Source: the human T2T-CHM13v2.0 reference genome, Homo sapiens
Direction: 5' to 3' (one strand)
NCBI RefSeq assembly: GCF_009914755.1
Contig: NC_060933.1
DNA: 64,000 bases
Within the stretch, counting starts at the first letter, position 1. Every line of letters begins with the position of its first letter. The notes beneath the pieces were generated by a model. That model was given only the letters and a program-made list of their open reading frames with translations. It was not told the origin of the DNA and did no database searches. This document shows positions 38,800-56,105 of this stretch, piece by piece. A program made the translations under genes and the position numbers.

Positions 38800-39310
38800 A
38801 ACGCTGCCTAGGGTGAGGGATACAAAGACTACTAATTAACAAGAATTCACGGGGTATCTCCAGTGTCCTGCTTCCTCGGGCCCCTTCTTCCTCACTTCCT
38901 GGGCTCCTTTCCTCACTCATGCATTCCAGCCATGCAGACATTCTTCCTCCTCCTCTAACATGCCAAACATACTCCCACCACAGGGCTTTTGCACCTGTGG
39001 TTTCCATGGAGCCTTCTTCCCCTTGTCGTTGTATGGCTTACTCCCTCTCCTTTCCCAAATCCTTGCTCAAATGTCACTTGCTCAGAAAGGCCTTCTCTGG
39101 CCACTCAGTCTACAGGAGCATCCACTATCACCCTTTACCCTCTTAACCCATTTATCTTTACAAAATTTATCACTGTCTCTCATATATTGATGGATTGATA
39201 TATTGCCTGTATCCCCTGCTGTAAACCCTGTGAGTAAGAGAATTTGTTCACTTAGAATGGTGTCTGTACACAGTAGGTTTTCCATAAATATTTATATAGT
39301 GAGTGAATGT
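38800..39310 (+). mobile_element. L2 3' fragment
   Basis: CAGGGCTTTTGCACCTGTGGTTTCC...CACAGTAGGTTTTCCATAAATATTT. Confidence 0.7.
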
Positions 39311-39369
39311 ATCTGTTGTGTGCTTCAAACTGAGCTGATGGCTGGGAGCACAAGCATAAAGAACACTTT

Positions 39370-40255
39370 CGTTTGAATTCCCTGGAAAGCAGAGCTTAAG
39401 AACAATGGCTTGGGTGCAGAAGGTTTATTTGGGAGGTGATTCCAGGGAGCAGGTATGGGGTAAAGGGCAGAGTAAGACAGGGAAGAGAAAAAGTCAATAT
39501 AAAGGTATATCTTCAAGTTTGCTACTGTACATGATGGGACCTAATTCTGCAAGACCCTTTTAAGGAGGGAACAAGATACCCCCCAGAACTGTTTGGCTGG
39601 AAGTCGGGGAGATGGGGCACTTATCTACCAATTCCTGATTCCCATTGGTTGGGTCCTGTTTTAGTCTATTCTCATGCTGCAATTAAAGACATATCTGAGA
39701 CTGGGTAATTTATAAGAAAAAGAGGTTTAATGAACTCACAGTTCCACATGGCTGGGGAGGCCTCAACATCATGGTGGAAAGCAAAGGAGGAGCAAAGGCA
39801 CGTCTTACGTGGTGGCAGGCAAGAGAGCTTGTGCAGGGGAACTGTCCTTTATAAAACCATCAGATCTCCTGAGAATTATTCACTATCATGAGAACAGCAC
39901 AGGTAAAACCTGCCCCCATGATTCAATTACCTCCCACCAGGGTCCCTCCCATAACACATGGGGATTATGGGAACTATAATTCAAGATGAGACTTGGTTGG
40001 GGACACAGCCAAACCATGTCAAGTCCTTCACCCAGGAGTGTTATTTCCCCACACTTTTTTAAAGTTGTACTTGCACACTGGCCTAGGGAGCTCCTTCAAT
40101 CTCTCATAAGGCTGTGGGGCAGAAAGTGCAAGTGTGCATCTGAGGTCACTGGCAGCACAAAGTGAGCCTGAGTGTGCACAGAGCTGCTCACCACAGCTGC
40201 AGCTGAAATAGCCATGGGCCAAGAGGATATGGCATGGCCCCAGAGGCATCTGCTA
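39370..40255 (-). mobile_element. Ancient ERVL/MaLR-type LTR split by THE1
   Basis: AAGCAGAGC...GTTTATTTGGGAGGTGATTCCAGG at the left end and GGCATCTGCTATA at the right end; exact subfamily uncertain. Confidence 0.55.
39657..40021 (-). mobile_element. THE1C/D-like solo LTR
   Basis: TG...CA termini, GGGGACACAGCCAAACCATGTCA; 5-bp flanks GGTCC/AGTCC. Confidence 0.92.
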
Positions 40256-41310
40256 TAAAGATACAGTCTCTGCCTTTAAGGAGTTTGTAAAAAGAGCAAC
40301 TGACTTGTCTTCCTTCTTGAGGTCTAGGACAAACTTGTTAGCCTCACTGTTCAAAGAGTTCACAAGCAGTTATCGAACACCCTCTAGGCGCCAGGGAAAG
40401 GACTACAACTGTGGTCACAGCTCTGACCCACAGGAACAAAACCTCTTCCCTGTGATGCTCACAGTTTTGCAAGGGAGAACGGCAAGGACTGCTTTTACGT
40501 GCAGCCAACCAAGGAGTCCTGCAACTTATGATTAATACTGAATTTAATAGTATTAACCTCAACATTAATATGCACTTGGCTTATAAAGCCTTCCTTTTTC
40601 TACTGCTGGATTAATTAGAGCCATAAAAGCCCTCGTCATCCCCACTGTCTGGAGGACAAATGATGCTAATGCATTTGGCTGCAGCGGGTATTGCTAACAT
40701 GTGTGGGGAAAGCTGATTTGGGGACCAGGCTGGGGAGAAGGGGGAGGGATGAAGGAAGGCCAAGTTCTCCTCCCCCCCAATCACTCTTTAAGGACCACAG
40801 TGTGAGTTCACTGCCTTTGAAGCACTCATCCATGGAGGGTTTTCTTTTACTTTTTTCCTTTTTAAAATTCCATTCCCAAATGTTATATCATTGTAAAGTG
40901 GAAAGAACCAACTGTACGATGTGCTTCCTATCAGATTCTCAGTTCCCCTAATACTTCCAACTTTCTCTGGGCCAAACACTTCATTCAACATCTCCCTCTC
41001 TGTACAAAAAGGCAAAAACCACGAGGTTGCTGACGGTGGGCCCTAGGAGCCCCTCTGTCCACAAATGTGATGAAAAAGCATAGTATCTGGGAGGGTTGAA
41101 GTTATGATTCTTATTTTGTGAAGAAGAAAAAAGAGGCTCAGAGAGTTAAGGCAAGCCTTCCAAACACACAGCTACTACCCAGCAAAGCTAGAACTTGAAC
41201 CCAGGTTGATCCAATTCCAAAGCCTGTTGTTTTTCCACCACAACAGGCACTTCTTAATTGCTCTGTCTCTGTGAACTTCAGTCTCCTTGTCTCTAAAATA
41301 AGGATATCAG

Positions 41311-41621
<311 letters not shown>

Positions 41622-43609
41622 GGAGGATGTCAGTATCTACTCTACAAGAAAGTGAAGAAGAGTACATTAAATCCATTAAAGGATTTATAATCTGCAAAAC
41701 ATGATGTATATGTCAGTAGATGTTGCTAAGGAAAATTCACACAGTGCCAGGTAAGGTAATAAAAATGCCAGGTCAGTACTTCTGATACATATGCCAATGT
41801 TCAGCTCCAAGGACATAGCAGGGCACAAAAAATGTGATAGTGAAGGATCTTTAATAACCTGGAAACATAGCCATCTTAAACAAAGCAGAATTTGAATGTC
41901 AATACACTAACTCACTTCACACACGAAGAAAAAAGTTGGGGTATGAGGATGCTATGCTGCAGGAAAATGTAGTCCTGAGATTAGAGCTTCCATAACTCTT
42001 CCCTAGTTCTCTAAAGAGCTGGCTGCTTCTGTTCCATCATCTCAGCTGAAGTTCCATCCCTTTAGAATCCTCTGCACCACCCCGACTAATGCAAATCCAA
42101 ACTGCCCACTCTCAGTTATGCCCCACCAGAGAACTCTTGATTTTATTCCAAGCACTAGTGATAATTTGTAGTTACTGTGTTTGTCACTTTATTTACCTCT
42201 TTATTTGCTTTTTATTACTAAAATATTAATTCATGAGTTTAGAAGCCTTGTCCATGTTGTTCATGATTTCCCCAGTGTCTAGCAGAGTGTGGGGGGCACA
42301 GTAGCTATTCATTAAAGGTCGATTGAATGAATCAAGGCAGGGATGATGCCGGAGAGGTACTCATGACTCAGTCAAGGTTTTGTAAACACGTGTGGACAAC
42401 TAATGTTCATCCCTTAAGTTTTTGCTCATACCCAATGTCTTTCAAAAAGCTCTTCTTGGTCACTCTTTGCCTTCACCTGGCAAAGTTTAGGGCCCCTCAA
42501 CTGAGTTCCCACAGCTCCCTGTGTCCCTCTCTATTATAGTCCATAACTCATTGTCCTGTAATTACATATGTAGTTGTCTTCCTCCCCTCATGCACTGGGA
42601 GGATTATGGTAAGGTACCTGGCCTGTCTTAGTCACCACCTGAGCCCTAGTGCCTAGGCTTATGCAGAACAAGTGAGTCAATGAATAAGCATGGCTTCCTT
42701 TACCTGCTGGAAGAAAGCCCATGGGGTGGAAGATTGGGGGGATGCTAGGACCTCATTATGCATCAACCTTGGAGCTGTGTTGGAAACAGCAATCCCATGA
42801 GGCCACTGGGTCTTATGTAAAAGAGTACTGAGTAGAGATTCAGGGGACTGGTCAGTGCCCCTACCTTCTTATGAGATTCTGTACGAATAAGTTCATCTCC
42901 TCATCCACCAAAGCACAGGACCATAATAAAAAGAATGCTCATCAAGTTCTCCACCAGCCTTTACCTGATTCAGTCTTGCAACCCACCTAACTCCTGTTTA
43001 TTTTCCTCTATATTTCTCTATCACTTTATCTATCTGCCAGACACCACACCCCAGGAAATCTCCCTAATTGATATGATTGCTTATTGATGCCTGACGAACC
43101 CTGGAGTTTCTGCCCAGCCTCACCCTTTGCTACAGCACCTCAGCCACCCACACTGGTTACCCATTAACCCTTTGACTCTACTATCCCTGTGCAGTGAGGA
43201 TTGCTCTTCTCTTCCCACTGCCCTCTCTTTTTGTAAAACCCTTTTTAGTTTACAATGTATGCCTCCACCACCTCATTAAATTTAAGCTTCACAAGTGCAT
43301 GATGAGGTGGGCACAGCACAATGGAAGTGAAAATTTCCATTTAGGGGAAGGTGAATCTCCGGAAAGGAATGTGGGTAGCTGAAGAGGTACTGGAACCAGA
43401 TCACACATTTCTAACCCCTGATCCCGTGCTGCTGTAGCTATAGCTTGTGCTCTTGTCTTCTCATCCAGGCTGTGAGCTGAGCCATGACTAATACAGGCTT
43501 ACAGCCACCCCCTGCAGTGGCTAACAAGGAACCCGCCCTTACTGTGTCCCTCCAAACATGTTAGGCAATTCAATTCACTAAGATGCTGATATCAAATCTC
43601 CTTTGAGAG

Positions 43610-43840
43610 GGAAAAGCAGCAGAACAGACAATATTGTGCTCAGCCCTGGGTTTGAATTCTGGCTTTGCTAAATGATTCTAAGCAAGTGACGTCATCTTTT
43701 TAAGCCTCATTTTCCACATCTGTAAAATGAATGTGAAAATATCTATCTCTAGGGAATCAATGAACTCAAATAAGAATTAATTTAGATAGTGTATGGGAAG
43801 CACCTAGCACATTGCCTTGCGTATGGTAAATAATAAACAG
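43610..43840 (+). mobile_element. MIR
   Basis: CCTGGGTTTGAATTCTGGCTTTGC...GCCTCATTTTCCACATCTGTAAAATG. Confidence 0.75.
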
Positions 43841-44224
43841 CAGCTTTGCTATTATCACTGTTATTTTAAAAAATACCAATTCATGAAACACTTTGTGTGG
43901 TGTAAGCAGAAAGGAAAAACTCAACAAACTAGGGAAAGTGAATTATCCTCATGTATTTAGCACTTTTTGATCCTCCCAAACCAGAACTGCACAAACTATG
44001 TGTCCCAAGATTAAAAACAGCTGAATGCCCAAACTTCCCTCCCTTTTCTAAATATACACCTCAAAGCCTGCCATTAACTAATAGCTGGGATATCTTCAGT
44101 AGATAAGGGAGACTATTTGTCTTTCTTCTTCTCCCCTAGGGTGGGAGAAGAACCCAAGCTCCAAACCCAAGTCTGACCAGGACTCCCCAAAGGCAATCTC
44201 TGGGAACCCAAAAGCACCAGTGGG

Positions 44225-44880
44225 GTGTTTGGTTTTTTGTTCTTGCGATAGTTTACTGAGAATGATGATTTCCAATTTCATCCATGTCCCTACAAAGGAC
44301 ATGAACTCATCCTTTTTTATGCCTGCATAGTATTCCATGGTGTATATGTGCCACATTTTCTTAATCCAGTCTATCATTGTTGGACATTTGGGTTGGTTCC
44401 AAGTCTTTGCTATGGTGAATAGTGCCGCAATAAACATACGTGTGCATGTGTCTTTATAGCAGCATGATTTATAGTCCTTTGGGTATATACCCAGTAATGG
44501 GATGGCTGGGTCAAATGGTATTTCTAGTTCTAGATCCCTGAGGAATCGCCACACTGACTTCCAGAATGGTTGAACTAGTTTACAGTCCCACCAACAGTGT
44601 AAAAGTGTTCCTATTTCTCCACATCCTCTCCAGCACCTGTTGTCATAGGTGGGAATTGAACAATGAGAACACATGGACACAGGAAGGGGAACATCACACT
44701 CTGGGGACTGTTGTGGGGTGGGGGCAGGGGGGAGGGATAGCACTGGGAGATATACCTAATGCTAGATGATGAGTTAGTGGGTGCAGCGCACCAGCACGTC
44801 ACATGTATCCATATGTAACTAACCTGCACGTTGTGCACGCGTACCCTAAAACTTAAAGTATAATAATAAAAAAAAAAAAC
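44225..44880 (+). mobile_element. 5'-truncated, 5'-inverted L1PA2-like insertion (inverted 44225-44643, sense 44643-44880)
   Basis: TSD AGCACCAGTGGG at 44213-44224 and 44881-44892; poly(A); 3'UTR GCTAGATGATGAGTTAGTGGG (GAG, non-Ta) and CTTAAAGTAT. Confidence 0.95.
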
Positions 44881-45152
44881 AGCACCAGTGGGATTGAATG
44901 AGGTCCTGAGCCCATCCCATTCCCCAAACTCAGTTCTCCTCCATACTCGCACTTGCACACACACACAAAAAGCATATCCCCCTCCCCACTCCATCCCTGG
45001 AGGCAACAAGCCTCCAGAAGGGTGGGGAGAAGGCCCAAGCAAAGATGAGTCAGGTTTTCTGGTCATGCAAGCAACACCATTTAACCAGGCTGAGGTGAAT
45101 CATTGAGAAGGAGGTGGGACCTGGGAGGTGGCAGAGAGAGGTAGATTTCCAA

Positions 45153-45640
45153 ATGTGTGTGTGTGTGTGTGTGTATGTGTATGCATGCATGTATGTGAGA
45201 GAGAGAGACAGAGAGACAGGGACAGAGAGGCAGAGAGACATAGAGACACACAGAGAGAGACAGAGAGAGACACACACAAAAAACAAACACAGAGAGGAGA
45301 CACACAACACACAGACACAAAGACACACACTCACACACAGAGAGAGGAGAGAGAGAGAGAAATAGAGAAAGAGACCAAGAGAGAACTACAGCCAGAAAAT
45401 ACTCAGAAAGACTGAAGCAGAAACTGAGAGCCACAGTGAGAGACAGAGGAGAAATGGAGAGAGAAAGAGAGAGACATAGATAAGAACACATAGGGCCAAA
45501 GACAGAGAACCAGAAATAAAAATGCAGAAAAAAGACACTCAGAGAGAAGTGGATAGGTCAGAGACCTAGAAAGACAGATAGAAATAGAGAGACATAGACA
45601 GGAGTTGGTGAGGAGAGAGAGAGAGAAACAGAGAAAATCG
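45153..45640 (+). repeat. Compound (TG)n/(GA)n/(CA)n low-complexity region
   Basis: Directly visible. Confidence 0.85.
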
Positions 45641-45669
45641 GGGTCAGAAAGACCAAGACCAAGGCAAAC

Positions 45670-46208
45670 AAGAAAAACAGAAGGAAGAAAGGAAAGAAGG
45701 AAGGAAGGAAGGAAGGAAGGAAGGAAGGAAGGAAGGAATGAATGAGGGAAGGAAGGAGAGAAGGAAGGAAGGAAGAAAGATGGAAGGAAAGAAAAAAGGA
45801 AGGAGGTAGAAAAGAAGAAGAGAAGGAAGGAGGGAGGGAGAGAGGGAAGGAAGGAAGATGAAAGGAAAGAAAAAAGAGAGGAAGGAAAGAAGAAGGGAAG
45901 GAAGGAGGAAAGGAGGGAGGGAGGGAAGAAAGATGGAAGGAAAGAAAAAAAGGAAGGAGGAAGAAAAGAAGGGAAGGAAGGAGAGAGGGAGGGAGAGAGG
46001 GAAGGAAGGAAGATGAAAGGAAAGAAAAAAGGAGGAAGGAAAGAAGAAGGGAAGGAAGAAAGGAAGGAAGGAAGGAGGGAGGAAGGGAAGGAAGATGGAA
46101 GAAAAGAAAAAAGGAAGGAGAAAGGAAAGAAGGGAAGGAAGTAAGGAAAGAAGAAAGGAGAAAGGAAGGAAGAAGGAAGAAGGAGGGAGGAAGGAAGGAA
46201 GGAAGGGC
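45670..46208 (+). repeat. ~540-bp polypurine tract with (GGAA)10 at 45699-45738 and internal ~78-bp periodicity
   Basis: Almost no pyrimidines; AGATG landmarks at 45778, 45856, 45931, 46011, 46093. Confidence 0.92.
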
Positions 46209-47698
46209 ACGGCAGGACCAGCTAGAAGGGCATCTTCTGGAGATGGATGCCCTTGAGTGACCAGGGAAGCTTTACTTCTGGTCTCACCGCTACTCGGGGC
46301 AGATGATCTGGGAGGAGGAGGGGGGGAGAGTGAGAGGGTGACTGGCATTTCCATTCAGCTCCCCTCATCTATCCCTCCCACCCACATATAGAGGTTTTCA
46401 CTCTATTAAAATGACTCCCTTGCTTCCTCATTTATGTTAAAATTTTCCTTGAAATAAAGAAAAGGAAACAAGGTCACCCTTCAATCCACAATGAAAACTA
46501 TAAAAGCGTTTTTAGGCTTGGAAAATTTAGCTGGTCAGTTTTTCCTACTGTTTAATAACTGCCTTGGGTTACACTGAATGAGTAAACATGTTTTACAAGC
46601 TTCTAATTCATACCTAACCCTATGAGTTCACAGCTTTACATAATATATACACACACATATACTATATATACACACATGCACACATACATACTGCAATGTA
46701 AAATATAAACACACATACATACTTAATATATATATGAGTGTGTTCGTGTGGTGTAAGTAATCTTTCCAATTTGTGCAGCTCATTAGGGCTTACAAAGCAC
46801 GCTCTTTCCTCATTTAATCCTCACGATAATCCTGTGAGGTAGGCAGTTTAGGATTATCATCCCCAGTTTACAGGTACCTGTGGTTAAGGTAGAGAGACCA
46901 AGAACCCACAGGTCTCTAAGGCATCACAGTCCATATCACAGTTCTGCTCTCCATAGTCCCAAAGCTGACTTCATGAACTTGGGTAGTGCAGTGCCCACTT
47001 CTGGACCTGCAAGGACCCAAAACCATGGGGATCCTGAGGCATCATCTGTTTCAGGGCTTCATTGTACAGACAGGAAAACTAAAGCTCAGACTATTACTGC
47101 TAGCCTATAGGGTGCCTCTGTGCAAATTGGAAAAACAATAGAAAAATAAAAATCATCTCTTTCTTAAGATACTTCCCTCCCTTGTTCCAGTATTCTGATT
47201 TGTTAGAACAAGACACTTGATCAATGATTAATACATGTTTATGATGTCTACAATTGGAATGGTGAGCTTTGGAATGTGGTAGCATTGTGAGCAGCAAAAC
47301 CTGTGCGACTGCATCTGACATCGCCAGGATGGGGGCCCAACCAAGGTGAGGGCAAAGAGGACGGTAAGGGAGAAAGAAAGAAAGAAGGGAAGGTAAGATG
47401 GGAGAGACAGCACCTATTTTCTGAGGTCTAAGAAGAAAACCCATTTTACTTAAAGGACATTGAGATAATAATAATAACTAGTGTTTATTAAGCTCTTAAT
47501 CTTTTCTGATACTTACAGTAACCCTGTGAGAGTGTTTCATATTGCTAACTACTGCTTGTATTTCTATCTTACACTCTCAAGTAATAATAATATTATTCAG
47601 AATAACAGTGACAATTGATATAACTTAAGCATTCACAATGTTAGATACTATGCCTAGTATTTCATGTACTGCATCTCATTTCAGCTTAATAACAATAT

Positions 47699-47949
<251 letters not shown>

Positions 47950-48769
47950 TTATTTCCCCAAATTTACAAATGAGTATATCAAGATTCAGAGAGATCCACT
48001 AACTTGCCTAAGGTCACTTGGTTAAACTGCGCAACTGAGATTTGACTATTATGAAGGAAGAGTAAAGGTCAGACACACTTTCACATCCTCTAAAAGTGAC
48101 TGAAATGCTTTACATTCTCAATAATTACTAACTATGCTAGCACATCAGAGAACCCTACTTTGCATATGGGGCATCAATATCTCTGACTTCTCATCTCGTG
48201 TGCTTTTAGTATCTGATAGTCTACTCATTCCTTTAATCGCTTTGAGGCTACTGATGAATGGAACCATCTAGATCATGAATCCAGGGAGTCTCTGCTCTGT
48301 GGAAACAATGTTGGTTCCCGCTCAGCTTTTCCCTGGTGCCCAGCTCGCCTCCCTGTTTCCACCTCTCCCTTACTGGATACCCAATCAATGCAAATGGATC
48401 TGAGTAGTCATTAGAATTTATTTTTTAAGAAAAGCAAGGCAAAACCAAACCAAAACCAGAAGTCTGCCACAATATGCAAAGAACCACCTTTGGATTCCAA
48501 TAAAACTGGGCTTCCTACCTTTAGCATCCTCTTGTGTAAGACAGGAATAAGAAGTATTACCATTTTAATAGAATGTTTCAAGGATTCAATGTGTAAAATA
48601 TCTGACCCAGTGCTTCTCCTTAATGTATAAAATGTATTCCAAAACAAGAAGTGGCGATGGGTCGGGGGCACTCATGTTGCACTAGAACTTTACAGTGTAC
48701 CTGGTATTTTCATATCCATCAACTCCTAGGCAATCCAAAGCCTCACTACTGCTCCAGCTAGAGCGCCTT

Positions 48770-49195
48770 CCCTCTCCCTTTGCTGACTACACTTCAATGA
48801 CTGTGCCCTCCTTGGTGCTCCTGAGGATGCTCCAGGGGCTTTGCTATTGCTACATCCTCAGTCTGGAGCAGTCTACATTCAGCTAGCCACATGGTTCACT
48901 TCCTCCCACTTTCCGGTCTCTGCTCAAACATCACACCCTCAAAGAGGTTTGTCCTGATCACTGTAACTAAATGGTATGCCCCCAACCTCTATCCTCATAC
49001 CCTATTTTTCTTTCAAACACATAGTACACTTTGACTCTGTATTGCACATCTATTACTTTACCATCATTGCCTCCCAACCCTCTGTACCGGGAACATAAGC
49101 TCCATGATAGGAGCTTGTTCAGTGCCTTCTCCTCAGCTTCTGGAATAGTGTTCGGTATGTAGTAGGTGTTCAATAAGTGGTTACTGAATGACTTA
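48770..49195 (+). mobile_element. L2 3' fragment
   Basis: TCTCTGCTCAAACATCAC...GTAGTAGGTGTTCAATAAGTGGTTACTGAATGA. Confidence 0.7.
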
Positions 49196-50872
49196 ACTCA
49201 TAGTTGTTCATGAAACTCTGAGAGGCTGGCAAGGCTGGCATTCTGATGCACACTTTACATGTGAATAAACTGAGGCCCAAGGAGGTGAAGAAAATTTTCT
49301 AAAGTCCTTCAGCTGGTGGATAACAGGAGTGGGACTAGCAAACTGAGCTGCCAGACTCAAATCCAAAGCTCTTTGTATTTCACCAACTTGTATTTCCTAT
49401 TATTGCTCCCCTTCACCTCCAAGCATGCCCTGGGAAATGGGTGTTATTTGGGATTTTACCTCTTAGGCGGGAAGCCCCAGAGATGGAGGAGTAAGAAGGA
49501 GTGACTTCACATGTTCTCCACCCAGACATAGGCCTTGCTAGAGTCCCATGAACAAACTAGAGCTCTGGCCCTCATCTGGGAGCAGGCAGACCAGCCACTA
49601 GCAGCCAAAAGGAGGAAGGGATTGATAAATAGAGAGAATGTGGGAGGAGGGCAGGAAGGGGATTGCTGTAGCCATCTCCAACCCCCCAAAAAGTCAGGCA
49701 GGAGAAGTCCAATTACCCTTTCAGAGTAATTTCCGCTCTATAAAGTGATGACTTACTTCACCGCCCAGAGGTTTCCATTTGCCAACTGGGGATAGCCAAG
49801 TCCTGCAGGGGAGGGAGCGACTTACTGACTCTTCAGCTCCCTGGAGGGGAAAGGAACCTGGGCTTGGACGTGGGCTGTGCTCTGACTTGCTTTTTTACTT
49901 TGTGACTCACCTGCCCTCTCTGGACCTCAGTTCACTCATCTATTTAAAGAATTCTGAGGCCTAGAAAAACTCTGGGGATTGGTTTAAGGAAGATGGCATA
50001 GAAAAAGGCATGTGTCACAGCATGGGCCAAGTGTTGGGTTCCTTGCTATAAGTCAGGCACTGTGCTTGGTGCTCTACATACATAATCGCTTTAACATTCA
50101 CAGAGATACTGTGAAGCTGGCATTGTGATGCTCATTTTGAAGATGAAGAAATGGAGACGCAACATCAGTGAGCGTCTCCAAACTTACACCAATAGTGAGC
50201 AACAGTTTTGAGATTAGGACCCAGAGATATCCAAGCTCTCCATAGTTTGTCTCCCTGAAATGCAGAGTTGAAATATTGTCACCTGACATCCTCAGAGTCA
50301 GAGCTGAGGACTTTAAAGACCAATTAAGTGAATCTCCTGTTTTCCAGATGGAGAAACAGGCACAGAAGGGAAAGTGACTTGTCTGAAGACACACAGGAGG
50401 AGAAAAACAGAGTCCAATTAGAATCAAACCAGACTTTCTACTGAACTAGAAAGTGAATGTCTGTGTTAATGGCAGTCAACACTCCATCATTATTGTCCAG
50501 TTGGTGGGCAGCCTGTTTGTTTGAAGGGCATGAGTTCCTAGAAGTATGCCTCCCATCCTCCCTCTGGACCACAATATTCCCACAGTCTAGCACCAATGCT
50601 GGTGCCTCGTGGGTATTCAGAATATTTTGGAATTAGTGAATGAATGGATTCCCAGTCCAGATTCACTCCTCTCTTATTGTTCTTGGCACCTTCCCACATT
50701 GGTACTGTCATCTCCACTTGCCTCCCTGTCTGATGTGTTCTTTCTGTCCTTCTGCAAACTCGATCCTCAGGTCCCCATTTCATGTTCACATCCAATCCCA
50801 CCACTTCTCTTTCTACTTTAGTTTACAGGGACCTCATTAGCTTACGTACTTGGGCAAGTTTCACAACTTTCT

Positions 50873-51189
50873 TCTTCTTCTTTTATTTATTTATTTATTT
50901 TTTCTTGAGACGGAGTTTCGCTCTTGTCGCCCAGGCTGGAGTACAATGGTGTCATCTTGGCTCACCGCAACCTCCACCTCCTGGGTTCAGGCGGTTCTCC
51001 TGCCTCAGCCTCCTGAGTAGCTGGGGTTAAAGGCATATGCCACCATGCCCGGCTAATTTTGTAATTTTTTTAGTAGAGACGGGGTTTCTCCATGTTGGTC
51101 AGGGTGGTCTTGAACTCCCAACCTCAGGTGATCCACCCGCCTTGGCCTCCCAAAGTGCTTGGATTACAGGCGTGAGCCACCACGCCCCG
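50873..51189 (-). mobile_element. AluSp inserted into a MIR
   Basis: Sp diagnostics GAGTTTCGCTCTTGT, GCTCACCGCAACC, TTTCTCCATGTTGGTCAGG; TSD ACAACTTTCT at 50863-50872 and 51192-51201. Confidence 0.93.
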
Positions 51190-52226
51190 TAACAACTTTC
51201 TAAGCCTCAGTTTTCTTACGTACACAACAGGGATAGAGATAGTAACAGGGTCTTCAGAAAGCTGTCTTGAGGATCAGCAATGCCAGATGAGCTTGGTGAG
51301 CACATATTACACATTCAGTGCATGGTAGTGGCGTCAAGGTCAACATTGTCATCACCTCACCCAGTTCCACAGCCTGCAAGAATTTCCGTATGCTCTGCTC
51401 ACTCTTCTAGAACTTCAGTTCCCACTGAATGTGTTCAACAGGACCAGTCAATTTTTTGTGAAGGGTAGAAGTGTGTGTGAGTGTGAGTGTGTGTGTGTGT
51501 GTGTACTAGAGGCCTGCCATTTGGGAAGCCCTAACCTATGAAGGTATCATCAAAACCCTTGCCCACGTGGTACCTTACAGTTTACAAAGTACTTTTTTCT
51601 TTATTATGAACCTTACAACAGCACTTCAGCGCAGATGATTTTAGTTTTGCCTTATAGATGAGGCAAGTTGGGTATCAGAGAGGGGAGGTGATTTGTCACA
51701 ACAGTAAGTGGAATATGCAGAATTACTATAAAGATCTAAGATCTGGAACCAGCTCCACTGACTGTCATATATTCTTTCCTCAGCATCTCTATACACAAGA
51801 CAAAAGGATAATTAGAGGGCAAAGAAGAAAGTGTTTCCATTGAAGGAAGTGCTAGGAAGAAAGCAAAAGTCAGGGATATTGGGCAAGGAAGAGGTAGCTT
51901 GGAAGATGCTCACAGGTGTCACCATCCAGGTGGCACTTCTGAGTGTGGGCTCAGCATCTACAGCTTCATTTCCATCCCATACCTCTCTTTTATCTCTGAA
52001 TTTTTTTATATATATATTTTTAACTATAATTTAAGTTCTAGGGTACATGCGTACAACGTGCAGGTTAGTTACATATGTATACATGTGCCATGTTGGTGTG
52101 CTGCACCCATTAACTCGTCATTTACATTAGGTATATCTCCTAATGCTATCACTCCCCCTTCCCCTCACCCCACGACAGGCCCTGGCGTGTGATGTTCCCC
52201 ATCCTGTGCCCAAGTGTTCTCATTGT

Positions 52227-56042
<3,816 letters not shown>

Positions 56043-56105
56043 TATGATGTTAGCTGGTTATTTTGCTTGTTAGTTGATGCAGTTTCTTTCTAGCATTGAT
56101 GGTCT

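Noticed and set aside
44096-44743. 215-aa ORF containing the L1 ORF2p C-terminal cysteine-rich segment
   Set aside because: By-product of the twin-priming inversion (antisense 3'UTR + ORF2 tail + flank); it starts at GTG and has no visible promoter.
45644-46354. 236-aa F/L/P/S-rich ORF (also 20813..21472 and 23036..23319)
   Set aside because: Translation of polypyrimidine strands, which lack stop codons by composition.
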